Shown here one piece after another: positions 1 to 11,992 of a stretch of 64,000 nt of DNA; within the stretch, counting starts at the first letter, position 1; every line of letters starts with the position of its first letter. The notes beneath the pieces were generated by a model. That model was not told the origin of the DNA. It did no database searches and worked only from the letters and a program-made list of their open reading frames with translations. A program made the translations under genes and the position numbers. This DNA is from Leptogorgia sarmentosa (Eukaryota), in NCBI GenBank assembly GCA_964658305.1, contig OZ210885.1, positions 24,118,001 through 24,182,000 on the forward strand, written 5' to 3'.

Positions 1-577
1 CTTCCATTGTCGTATTTGCTCGTTGTGATTGTGCTCCTTTGTCAATTTTCAGTTCCTCTGCATTCGCTATCAAGTTCGTAAGTTTTTCCAATATGGCGGT
101 TGTCCTTTTGTTTGTTAATTTAAGCTCCTCGATATCGCCTTCTTGTAAAATCTCCGCTAATGGTTCGAGGTAGTACTTCAGCTTATCAATTTCCTTGTTG
201 ATCTCCTCTTCGTATTGCTTTTCTCGATCTGTTTCCTCAGGCTGAGACATTGTTAGTTGTTGCATTCCTTCGATAAGTTGTTGTTGTTTTACCTTCGCTT
301 GGGCCTTCATTGTCGGTTGAATTGCGTTGTGTTTTATCCTGGTCACGGCACCATTTTGTATACCGAACCACTGTTACTAATGGCATACAAAGTTATATAA
401 AATGATGGTTTTAATATCAACATTGAAATATTACAATACGATAAATAAAATAAAACAAACACTTCTCTATCGCTTCTCGCACTTCGCCATGTTCGTGATA
501 AGCTGCTCTTCTCTCGAGCCGTGCCCCTTTCTTTTATATCTTAACCGGGGGGTGTCGGCAGTAGGGTAGTAGGTACA
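1..577 (-). mobile_element. BEL/Pao LTR retrotransposon 5' end (LTR ~357-577, tRNA-His PBS 336-353, gag start 310)
   Basis: Minus-strand PBS TGGTGCCGTGACCAGGAT, identical to 56127-56144. ORF from 310 reads ...INKEIDKLKYYLE...EELKIDKG, homologous to [13 protein letters not shown]...EEAKIDSG of the 56242 gag. Probable +1 frameshift near nt 15. Outer LTR edge approximate. Confidence 0.8.
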
Positions 578-661
578 GTACACATCCACATTTAGCTTCT
601 AGCTGCGCATGTGTGCTAGCACACAAAAACACTTCACATCATTACAAAAAAAAACTGTGTT

Positions 662-2093
662 ACCTGTTTCTTCAAAATTCTCTTCTGTTGCTTCCACAAG
701 ATCAACGTCACTACAGAAAAACCGTTATTAGCACTGTTTCTGTGCATTCACTTCCATACCACATTGCTGCTGGTGGTTTTGTAAGGGTTTTACTCCCTAT
801 CTATGAGTTCATGGTCATGGTAACATGAAATGATGTAATATAGCCCATCAAAGATACAAGAATGGCACTAGTAAGTTTGTAACCAAAAATAGTTGCAAAA
901 TTATTGATCTGGTTCCACCTTGAACATCTTCGAAATGTTCTACGCTAATTGCTGATTGGCCAATTCAGTGCCAGTGATCTACAGTGGTCACTGAGTGGCT
1001 GCAAGCTAACTTAACATATTTAACACAACAGTGATATTGCATTTGCAAAGTAGATACAAAAAACATGTTGAATCTTTTTTTACAAACATTATATTACCTG
1101 TTTTCATCAGTGGTGCGTTGTCCTGAGGTTGAACTCCCTCCTCGACAAACTTCATCGTGTGATTGTAACATGTCCATTGCAACTGATGCATGGCAATTTA
1201 CACATGCCACTTTTGGACTAGATGGAATCTAAAGCCAAGACATGTATCAATTTAGGAATTGTAAATATAGGGGCTCACAAAATTTACCATGTAACAGAGC
1301 ATACTGAGATGTATATCATACAAAAAAAGGTTTGCAAGTATGGTAACTGAAAATGAACAATTAAGAAATTGCAAACCTGAGTTTGACTTCGGCTCAAGAC
1401 TGCATTGTTGTCTATAACAATGTCTTTCTGATAAGGTCGTATGTAACCCTTTGCTGATGCTATGGTAGATTTCAGAAAAGACACTGTATATCCATATACC
1501 TGGAGGAATAGTGACGGTTAACAACTACCGATTACCACGTTCCCCAGTTTGCAAAATGTGGTAACCACCCACATCACTAAGCATAGGAAATCCTTCCAAG
1601 ATCTTCTTATGAACATGTTCACTGTTTCCTCCTTTTGTGAAGCAAATTGTTCTTTCATCCAATCCAGCAAGAGCCATGTTTATCTTTTTGAGGCAGATGG
1701 AACAGTTGTGGCATTCTTATTTGGTAAGCAAACGAAAGTTCTTGACCATGTATTACGGACTGGAATGGATACACGTTCTCCAGTTGATGTTGTAACCATT
1801 CTACGTTTTGAAGGAGGTTGTCTATTGCTGTTCCTGGTCACAGAAGGTGGTCGATAACCAAATAGATTTCTATGTTCTTCTATGGGACTTGGTGCATTTG
1901 TTGACCGATTTGCCTGCAGTTGTTGTTGTGAACTGTTTGACTCTGTCACTGAATTTGAAATGGCTTCTTCCGTAACTTCCCTACTAGCTTCTTGTCTGGA
2001 CGCTTGTGGAGATGTCCTGTTTTCAAGATTGCTCACTGCATTCATTAAACTCTGTGCGCAAGCTCTGAGCAAATCTTTTGGGTCCTGACTCAT
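662..2093 (-). pseudogene. Spliced Ubl-like + UBZ zinc-finger gene (N-terminus of G2E3-like HECT type), disrupted
   Basis: ORF 1680-2093 TWSRTFVCL..VP, then after a frameshift MALAGLDERTICF..FPML..GGY..LK...AKGYIRPYQKDI. AG/GT-bounded exon 1228-1098 encodes CVNC-x11-H-x3-C. Internal stop and frameshifts. Confidence 0.55.
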
Positions 2094-2334
2094 CTTGACT
2101 ACAGTCTACACAACATAGTTAAATAAGTTAGGCATTGATCAGAGATTTTTTATAAAATTGTCTGTCATTACACTATTTACTAAGGGAGTACTTAAACACA
2201 ATGTAAGATTATCGGAGTTTTTCAGTTCACCCTGTTTAAATTATACAACACCATTAAAAATTTGTCATGTTGAGTGTTGATGACTTGAAGGGCTGCCAGC
2301 TAGCTCCAATGATAGACCCTTTGTTACAATTATG

Positions 2335-2560
2335 ATGGTCCTGAAGGGGTAAAATGGGAACTGGGATTTGCTTATTTTTGGCTGGGAAAATGGGATTTCA
2401 TGCACCTGGACTGTGAATCATCGGCCAAAAAACAATAGAAAATTCGAATGGGATTAAGATTTGAGCAAGGCAACTACTGAGATGATGGGATTTGTTCCCT
2501 GGGACGATGGGATTTAGTCAAAATTTGGGCTGGAAATGGGAATAGGAACCCCCCTTCGAC
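2335..2560. repeat. Non-autonomous MITE-like element with TGGGAT/CTGGG-rich interior
   Basis: Imperfect inverted ends (gtcctgaagggg ... ccccttcgac) and repeated tgggatt motifs. Confidence 0.45.
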
Positions 2561-2582
2561 TCCACCAAGTGAGTTTCCTATA

Positions 2583-2808
2583 CAGGGTGTCCCCCAAAAG
2601 TGACCTCTATAGGAATCCTGTTTTGTTGTTAACCTCGTGTTATTGCACCTCTGGAAATTGAAATTAGCTTCTGACGAACAGCATCAATAGCGCGGGCTGC
2701 CATAAATACTTTGGTGAATCATTCAATTATATTCTCAAAGGCATAACAACGCATGTTTGACAACAAAAGAGCTGATTTCTATAGAGGTGACTTTTTTCTG
2801 GGACACTG
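2583..2808. mobile_element. Tc1/mariner-type MITE
   Basis: TA-flanked; ends cagggtgtccc..aaaagtgacctctatag / ctatagaggtgactttt..gggacactg. Confidence 0.65.
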
Positions 2809-3284
2809 TACATGTTATATTAATGTTCTTTCGACCTTGCTGATAATAAACCATGAATAATTCATACCTTTTGTCTTCTCGTCTTGTAAACAGCGAACAG
2901 CTATCGAATTTTGTTGAATGATCACACCTGCATCACTAGTACACACCATGTGGTTGTGAAAAACAAGCTTTCACTCTCCACGCAGCGGCAATCACGGAAG
3001 TAGAATTCACGATTTGAAGAAATTAAGGAATTTTTATGAATTTTCATTTTCCATTGATCCAAGGAAATTTAGGGAGTGAAAATTATTTTTCAAAAATGGA
3101 AACACTGCTGCACAAATGATGTTCGATTTGAGGACGCAACATTTGCGCGTTCGACTCGAGTAAGTGTCGAGTAATTGTTAAGTTATTCATTGACCAGCTC
3201 GATTCAAGTGTTACTCGTTTGATTTATAATGATTGAATTTTGACACTAATAACGTGCCATACATGATGTCTGCATTGCTGTTGC

Positions 3285-5212
3285 ACATTCCTGGTGCTGA
3301 GAATGTTATTGCTGACCAAGAATCTAGAAAAGTCAGGTCAGAAATAGAATGGGCCTTAGATCCACCAATCATTCATATGGCAGTGGAAAAGATTGGATTC
3401 CAATCAGACATAGACTTATTTGCTTCCCGCTTAAATCATAAGTGCGAAAAATATGTCTCATATCGCCCTGATCCAGGGGCATATGCAGTTAATGCATTCC
3501 ATGGGGTGCCTGCCAGTTCTATGCCTTCCCCCCATTTTGTATTATCCAAAAAGTCTTGCAAAAGGTGTACAGTGAGCAGGCCACAGGCCTCGTAGTTGTC
3601 CCCCACTGGCCACAGGCCTCGTAGTTGTCCCCCACTGGCCAATGCAATCTTGGTGGCCTTACCTAACAGATATGCTCATTGCAAAATCTCTTATCTTGCC
3701 TAGGAAACCCAACCTATTATATCTACCATCAGAACCTCAACGTATTCATCCACTAAGCAAGACGATCAGAATCCCAATATGCAAAGTGTCAGGCAATTAC
3801 TCGAGAGTAAAGGACTTTCACAATCAGCTACAAGCATTATCCTCCAGTCCTGGCGAGAAGGCACCAGAAAGCAGTATTCCACATACTTACGACAGTGGGA
3901 ACAGTACTGTTGCACAAGGGAAATTAATAACTTTTCAGCCACTGTGATGCAGGGGATCAACTTTCTCAGTGAACTTTATCAAAAAAGTAATCTATCCCAC
4001 AGTGCAATGAACACGGCTCACTCTGCCTTATCTTCTGTTATATTTCCCCCTGAGGGCTGTATGTTTGGCAACCATCCACTAGTCTGCCGCCTGCTGAAAG
4101 GTGTCTTCACCACCAGACCTTCCTTGCGACGATACCATTGTGTGTGGGACGTTGCCACCGTGCTGAAATATCTTTGAACACTACATCCATTGGAGGACTT
4201 GCACCTTCGGGAACTCGTGTTAAAAGTGACTATGCTCATAGCATTGCTCTCAGGACAACATTGTCAAACCATTCACGCATTGGACATCAGCGATATGCAT
4301 ATCGTATCTCGTCCAAACCAGCAGTATGTTTTCCTGATTAATAAGCTTTTGAAGACATCCAGACCAGGAAAACACTTCAGCCATTTAGTGTTACAAGCTT
4401 ATCCAGCAGATGAACAGCTATGCATATTCAAAACTATTACGGCTTATCTGGCCAGAACGAAGTCTCTTAGGGGCAACCATACACAACTGTTGGTGAGCTA
4501 TCAGCAGCCACACCGGCCGGTGACAACTGACACCATTGCAAGATGGCTAAAGACAGTGCTAGATAAAGCAGGAATTGACACTACGATGTTCAGTGCACAT
4601 AGCACGAGAGCAGCCTCGACAACCGCTGCAAAGATGGCAAAATTGTCTGTAAACGTTATTATGAAGGCAGCAGGGTGGACTAATGCCTTGACGTTTAGTA
4701 AATTTTACGATAAACTTGTTATGCCAGACTCTCTTAAGAACGCTGAAAACTTTGGACATCAGCTATTACAATCGGTTGACATTAAGTAGACATTTGTGTG
4801 GTAAATAAAAGCGTTGTGTTTGGTTTAGCAATGAGGCATCTATTGTGGCATGCTCATGGCCATTGCTTTGAAATCTCACGTGACTTCGTAGCGACGTAGA
4901 CCAATGGCGAAGTAGAATTACAAAATTAAACGAAACTTACCTGGAAGTTGAAGTTTGATTGAAATTCTACGAGTCATTGGTCAGGAGCAAAGAGGTCACA
5001 CCCCACTTTTTGCTACTATGCACTTAGACTGTTAAGAAAACAGGGCGTTAAATCTCCCTCCCAACACGTTTGAATGGCCACTCGCATGCTTTGCCTTTAA
5101 AAACTGAATCTTGAACTCCCGCTCACTATCTCACGTGACTTCTTCGCTCCTGACCAATGACTCATAGAATTTCAATCAAACTTCAACTTCCAGGTAAGTT
5201 TCGTTTAATTTT
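3285..5212 (+). mobile_element. DIRS-type tyrosine-recombinase retrotransposon, 5'-truncated
   Basis: RNase H end (HIPGAENVIAD), methyltransferase-like region (DLFASRLN..YVS..PDP; 3642-3947) and YR ORF. 3' inverted-repeat pair 4923-4998 / 5135-5212 (ICR + ITR). 29-bp tandem duplication at 3579-3636. Confidence 0.85.
3779..4789 (+). pseudogene. DIRS tyrosine recombinase
   Basis: ORFs 3779-4177 and 4190-4789 are in frame across a TGA. HSTR..GW..FSKFY motifs present; first catalytic Arg appears as His (SGQHCQ). Confidence 0.85.
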
Positions 5213-6299
5213 CTAATTTGATTATAGAATCCATATGCAAATCATAAACCTGTTCTTAACACTTAATCCTGACACTTTAGTCCTCCAATTCCTGCATGAT
5301 CAACTACATTTCAGCAACAATGTATTTCTAAAGATTCCAATATTTTAAGCAAAAGTTTGTGGGACTAAATTTTTAGGCTGGCTTTGCCAGTAGTCAGCAC
5401 TCATTTTGCATGTCTAAATAAAACTATTGCAGTCATGTTGTGCAAAATATATGTTGACTCAATGTGTATGCAATGTAGAAATGATAATGGACTTATTTTT
5501 ATGTAGCACATATTTGTAGTACAGTATTTGTCCGGCAACTTGTACATAAACAAATGACAAGTACAGACAAATGGCAAGTGGAAATAGAAAGTGCATTAGA
5601 ATCCTGATGGCCATATGCAAATTCAGCCCTAGTTGGAGTTATAGTTTTGGCTCCAACATGCCTCCAAATGTCTATGCAAGCCGATCCTCTATGATCAAAC
5701 AAGCTTGTATTTTTCTTGAAGAAAAAAAGTAGGCAATGCAGGTATGAGCTATATGTACCCATCATCAATAGTGAATATGAGTGTTCCTGTTCTGTTGTTT
5801 TAAATGCATAGCCAGGGCCAAATAAGATACATAATGCAAGTCTGGGTAAATTCATTATGTGTGTTTTACTTTGAACAGCCAATGTCCACCTGTCTTACAA
5901 TTTAGGAGGAGGACAGTTTGGCTATGACTGGTTGAACTAGTTTTAAATTATGAACTAGTGGTGATTAATTGCACTCCTTCCTATGTGATTTCCTACTGAT
6001 ATACAAAGTGATTTTTGTTTTGACGGCATACATTCGAATTACTGTATGTGGATTGTTTGTTTTTAGATTTCAACCTACATTTCCAGCGCAGAGTTGCAGA
6101 TGTCGAACAGTAACATGGAATTATGTGTTGTGATATCACCTGCAGGTTGTGAATGTCCACAAAGTAGTACTGAAGACAAAATAGTACTTGATAATAATGG
6201 CAATTGATGGTTGCTGATGCACTCAAATCTGTGAATGTGTAAATCTGTTAAAATTGTGTGACGTTTTTGCATACCAGCATACATAAAAATAGATTTAAT

Positions 6300-6943
6300 C
6301 CCGATATATCACACTTTATCATTTACTACCATGTTTCGATGTTTCAACAACGTCTCTCTATATTAGTTGCCAAAAAATAAACAAAAAAACAAACAAAGAA
6401 AACGAATAACTATACATGAAAATCACAGAGAAGACAAGCTCTACAAAACAAAAGATGATTGTTTTTTATTTTTTTTAATATGTCTCAATATGCCACAATT
6501 TTAATTTAGTTTTTAATTGAGAAATTGACAATTTATCGTCTTTACCAAGAGAATTCCATATTTTAGGCCCTTGGTATCTGATATTGAAAATTCCAAAATT
6601 CGTTCTAGTTTTTGGCAATGAATATGATTCTTTAGATGCGAGTCTCATATTGTAGCTATGTATTTTCTTCACTGGAACAAACAGGTCATGGAAGACAGGT
6701 GGCAATTTATCATGATGATATGTATGCATAAAAATAATTATAGACAAGGTAAAGAGATCTGTCAATTTAATGATATTAAGAAATTTGAAGATTGGACCAG
6801 AATGAGAATCAAAATTAGAGAAGGTAATTATACGTACAGCCCTTTTTTCTAAAACATACAAGGGATTCAAGGATGTGGGGTATTTTGAGCCCCAAGCAAT
6901 TATACCATATGTTATAAAAGGATATATTAAGGCATAATACAAC
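6300..6943 (-). mobile_element. Non-LTR retrotransposon (CR1/L2 group) 3' fragment
   Basis: ORF 6475-6954 LYYALIYPFITYGIIAWG...KRAVRII...YQGPKIWNSL, typical post-RT C-terminus; T-rich 3' UTR. Confidence 0.75.
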
Positions 6944-7262
6944 TTATTATACATTTAAAATTTATTCTCGTTCCTGATTGGTCAGAAAGCACCGGCTAAT
7001 TCTCAGTATTCTGTATTTATTACGTATTTTCCGCCGATGACGTCATCAGCGTCCAATAATTTTTTTTGGGATCGAACTTGCATCCAAAAAAAATATTATT
7101 GGACTCTCTCGTGCCCAAGCCCTAGTGCTGTCAAAAGCTTGAAGCTAAAAGCGCGTGAAAAAACAAACAAACAAACAAACAATGGCCTGCAGCAGATTTG
7201 CTTCGCTGAATAAAAGTGAACTCTCTTTTAAATGTATAATAAAACAATTATTGGATTCGGCT
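6944..7262. mobile_element. Crypton-like non-autonomous element
   Basis: Perfect 17-bp inverted repeat TTATTATACATTTAAAA (6944-6960 / 7226-7242), CTGATTGG motif and a residual MACSRFASLN start. Family call is from recall. Confidence 0.5.
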
Positions 7263-7888
7263 TATGAACCAGAATGAAAGAAATCTTGTTTTAAGGAATT
7301 GTTCACTGATAATTATACCATTATGACTCATGGTGCATTCTGGTATAAAACAAATTTATAAGTGCATCTTCTTTCATTATTATACATGTACACATGGTCC
7401 TAAAATAGTTTCAACTGATATTGTGATTTGTGATGAGGCAAGTTGATCAAATTTCTTGCCCCCCCTCCCCCCCCCCCCGCCACTCGCCACTGGGCATTTA
7501 TGCAGAGAGTGGTGGAAACTTAGAAGATGATGTTCAGATGGGGCACTCATTTGGGTTAGTTTAGGGAAAAATTCCCGCCTTTCCCAACACAGTAAACCCA
7601 AGCCGAATGTTAAAATTCTTGACATTAGAGATGCCTGCCTAGGTGTCTTAAACTTGTGGTGATGTGCACATTATTATATTACCATGTAAAGCCTGTTTTC
7701 CACTTGACGATGTTCGAATAACGTTAGTCAAAACACTGAGGTTGTGTTTTATCATTCCTCAAAATGTTCTTCTGTTCCTCGTCTGGTAAAATCCCACATT
7801 GGCCATATTGGTCTCTCTGCCTTTTGAAATTTAGTCTATCTATTTTTGAAGTAATCATTATTTCATTAGACATTATTTACTACAATGT

Positions 7889-8974
7889 ATGTATTATAGA
7901 AATAATGTTTTGGGTGATGCGTGTGTGAAACTGGACAACATGAATGATGAAGATTTGAGTAAACCTTTCAAAGTACAGTTTGTAGGTGAGCCCGCCGTTG
8001 ATCACGGTGGACCATCAAGAGAGTTCTTCTCACTTGTCAATCAACATGTGCAGCTATCAATGTTGTGTGGTACAACCTTTTGGCATAATGTTGTATCCCT
8101 TCAAAAAGAAGAATTTATGAAATTTGGGCAGCTCACAGCAAAAGGGTTGCTTCAAGGATCTGCTGGTCCAAAATGTTTTGGAAAGACTGTCACTGATTAT
8201 ATCCTTTATGGCAATATCCAATGTTTGAATGCGACGTTGGAAGAAGTACCTCCAGGAGAATTGAAGGATTCACTGGAAAGGCTGCAAGGCATTCACGACG
8301 CCGAAGAATTTAAATCGGAGGCATCATTCAATAGTGACACGTCCGATTTAGCCATGGATATATGAAACCGATCGTGACCATAGAAAACAAAGATGAATTC
8401 ATAAAGGCCGTTGGATTGCATGCAATTATCTATTCGTCTTTATCGGAACTGAATCAGTTTATTGATGGACTGAAAACGTGTGGTATCCTTGACTTAGTAA
8501 GGAGCAATCCAGAGCAGTTAAGGGAGGTTTTCCAGTACGGCAATGCAATGCTAACAGCTGATTTGCTTGACGACATTTTTCAGCCATTATCCAGTCCAAA
8601 AGGAAACAACAAACGCGTTAAAGAAGAACGCATTGTGTTCAACTTCAATCAAATGCTAGAAAATGTTGAAAAGGGAAAGGTTGTAAAGGAAGTTGGTGAA
8701 AATGTAATAACTATTTCATTGTCGCATATTCTAATGTTTGCGACCGGTGCTTCCAAAATACCAGCGATAGGGCTGATGCCAGATCCATCAATTCGATTTG
8801 ATCACAATACAAGTGAAGAACGAAAGCTATGTGTCAGCACTTGCGCTAACGTATCAACTTTACCTGTTTCTGAGAAAATGACTGCCTCGAAAGTTTTCAA
8901 GAGGGGTTCATTTTATGGGTTCATTTTATGGGTTCATTTGTATGCTTAACTCCCCTGCATTTGGGGATGTGTAA
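7889..8974 (+). pseudogene. HECT E3 ubiquitin-ligase domain (G2E3-like), frameshifted
   Basis: FKVQFVGEPAVDHGGPSREFF, LNQFIDGL, ILMFATGA..IP, VSTCAN..TLP (catalytic Cys kept), C-terminal FGDV*. Frameshift ~8360 and 13-bp tandem duplication ~8905-8935. Confidence 0.85.
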
Positions 8975-9077
8975 ATTTCACTTTGTAAATTTTCACAATA
9001 GCAGTCCGTCAATTGTTTGGTTTAGAGGTAAATCATTAAAGTGCAAAATTAGTTTACGTGACTAATACTCATATACC

Positions 9078-10735
9078 TAGAACGGTAGAGCTATGCCCAA
9101 ACTTTAAATTGATCTTTGATATTCATAGTGGTAACTGGGATAGTGGTAACATGGAAGAGAGCTTTTGTTGTCGTCGAGATTTAAAAATATTTCCTGCAGA
9201 AAACATTTGTTACCTTTTTCAATGTTGCTAATCGTAAATCCTTCATCTAAAGGATCATACGTTTCTTCTCTTTCAGTAACTTCTGGATCCATCAAAGTAG
9301 ATGTCTCAAAACACTCCATCCTTGTCAAACATTGATACCTACTTACGACTTCAGAATACGATGATTCGGTTAGCTTTTGATATGTTATGGTGAGTTGATG
9401 TTGATCATATTCGTCAGGGTTGCAAAGAACATTTCCCATCGAATCACATACAGTGAACAAATTTCTTGGTAACTTGGTATCTGTCTTTTCAATTGAGAAA
9501 GACTGTGATCTTCCTGAAACCATGTTATCCAATCTTGTAACATTTACCTCGGCGCAGGATTCATCATTGATGACTTCTTCATCTTCAGAATTTTCCTCTT
9601 TTATAGCAGTCATCAAATATAAGTAACATCGACTAGCATACAGACCATGCGATTTTAAGTATGTAAAGAAATCACATTCGTTTCCGTCTAAGTCAGTAAA
9701 AGAATCTAGTTTCTGCTGCGAAAAGTTTCCTAGATCAATATTCATTGATAATAATGGGCCTCGTGAGCTCTTATTAGAAGGAAAAAAGAGCTTCTTCCCT
9801 TTTTCCTTTAAACTGGATATTGTTGTGTCGTCTCCTTCCCTTACGATAAATTCTCTAATTCCTCCTCCATCCTTAAAACGTACTTGTTTAAATTTACTCC
9901 CGTGGCCGCTTGATCGGTGTAACCACCATATTCGTATTTTTCGGTTTCTGTTTTGACGACAGGGAGCTGTTGCTGCTTTAATTCCTCTTAACTGACTCTA
10001 AAAACGACCAACATGCACTTTTAATTCAGTCGTTATACAAACATTGAAACAACAATATAATGGCAGTCACTTTGTACATTGAAGGGTGTGCTTATAACAA
10101 ACTTCAACGCATGAGTATAAATAGCGGATAACAACATCAAAAAGCAGCAAAAGTTCTACTCACTACCCAATCTTTTTGAGCAAAGGGCATTCGTCCGAAA
10201 TTCAAATCTGTTGGTGTCGTTCAGGTAGTTAGCAGAACTTTTGCTGCTTGTTGATATGTTTAAAACTTGTTTAGAACGCACTCACCCTCAGTGATGTTGT
10301 TGCAGTGTCGTCTAAACTTCCAATCTTCCTTTTCTTCTGTCCCACTTCTTTCCTTATCTGTCCTACAAGTCTCCGCACTTCTAGAGTACGCTTTTCTGAA
10401 AGAACAAATCACATTCTGCCGTGTAATATGGTCATTGGGGCGAGGACAACAACGGATATTTAAGCTTTCTGACAGTTGCCGTTGCCATAAAGTTTGTAAT
10501 TCATGACAACAAAACGGCAAGAACTGGCATTTTATATAAATTCTTAGCGCTGGTTAATGAAAGTTTTTTAACACATTTTGCTCCAACTTAAACTTCGAAT
10601 TGGTGTTCCACTTCGTAGTAAAATGATTCTAGAATACCTACCATGAATGGTGACTTCCAATTCTGATTTTAGTTCCCCGATTTCACCATATTTGAGTCCA
10701 ATACGTTCCAACTGCTCATCTGTCATATTGTGCAC
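9078..10735 (-). pseudogene. Spliced accessory gene of the IS3EU-type element (SAM-like and Ubl-like segments)
   Basis: Exon ~10735-10641 MTDEQLERIGLKYGEIGELK. Exon ~9995-9078 KIRIWW..KFKQVRFKDGGGIR..LFFP..S..G.. continues into ORF 9104-9745. Confidence 0.5.
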
Positions 10736-10965
10736 CTGTAAAGGAATTTATAATGAAACGTTAGAACATTTTGATAATTATTCATTTTTGTGATAACCCA
10801 AAAATCATACATGTATATGAGAATGCGTATGTATTTTGTACCGTTCAAACGGTACAAAACGGTAAAGTTCGCGTGTTATGCAAGTCGCGATTATTTTGTC
10901 TCATAGGATTAGCACTATTGTCCTGTTTAATGCACGATATAATGTAAAATGCAATGTGTGAAGTA

Positions 10966-11992
10966 CTGGGGCCCGGTTGTATCAAAGGCGTGTAGCTTAA
11001 ACGGTGGATAATTGAAAAATTTGAAACGAAATTATGAATTATACAGGGTGTATCAAAAAAAAGTTTACTCGCGAAAAATGTCATTTAGGCCGAAGCGCAC
11101 GCACCCCATTGCAAACCATTGGTATATCTAAGTAGTTTGAGCCCTTCGGATACATCCTACACTAAAAGTTTGCAGAAAACGACCATTTTACGACTACGAA
11201 AAGTGTTATAAAAAGCCATAGTAAAAATGGCTTGTGCGAAAAAATGTGAGGCGAAAAATGCAATTTGATTTGACAGCCTAAATCTATCGAACAAGTTTCA
11301 TAAGTTCTTCAAGTTTTGAGAAATTTGGTGCATGCTGAGATGAACGTGCGATGTCCGAAAACTGGATTTTGCGTTCTTTCCTGCGTGATTACCGATTTTT
11401 TTTTTGCATAATTGGATATTTGCATTAATTACCAATGCAAATTGGAAGCTAATTCCCAAAGGTACGTAATTACGTGAAGAAATTGCGGAAAATCCAGTTT
11501 TCAGACATCGCACGTTCGTCTCAGCAAATTTCTCAAAACTTGAATAACTTATGAAACTTGTTCGATAGATTTAGGCTGTCAAATCAAATTGCATTTTTCG
11601 CCTCACATTTTTTCGCGCAAGCCATTTTTACTACGGCTTTTTATAACACTTTTCGTAGTCGTAAAATGGTCGTTTTCTGCAAACTTTTAGTGTAGGATGT
11701 ATCCGAAGGGCTCAAACTACTTAGATATACCAATGGTTTGCAATGGGGTGCGTGCGCTTCGGCCTAAAAGACATTTTTCGCGAGTAAACTTTTTTTTTAT
11801 ACACCCTGTAGACTACGAGCAAACTAAACTTTTCTGTCTCAACATAACAACTATATGCATAGAACTACACACATTTAGTTGATAAAATTTAGGTTCAATT
11901 ATTTACAACTGATAAATAGGATTATAGGAATGTTTTTAAAATTTTGCTTATCCATGCACCGTTTAAACTAAATGTGATACAAACGGCTCCTG
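10966..11992. mobile_element. Harbinger-like MITE (degenerate) hosting a palindromic MITE; repeated at +3300 and +6600
   Basis: Ends ctggggcccggttgtatca..aaacggtggataa / ttatcc..ccgttt..tgatacaaacggctcctg resemble the 39907 and 55144 MITE ends. Confidence 0.55.
11044..11808. mobile_element. Tc1/mariner-type MITE with ~330-bp TIRs (copies 14344-15108, 17644-18408)
   Basis: TA|CAGGGTGTAT...ATACACCCTG|TA; near-perfect long inverted arms. Confidence 0.85.

Noticed and set aside
5213..6290. Short ORFs 5499-5882 and 5993-6284 as genes
   Set aside because: No recognisable motifs; left unannotated.
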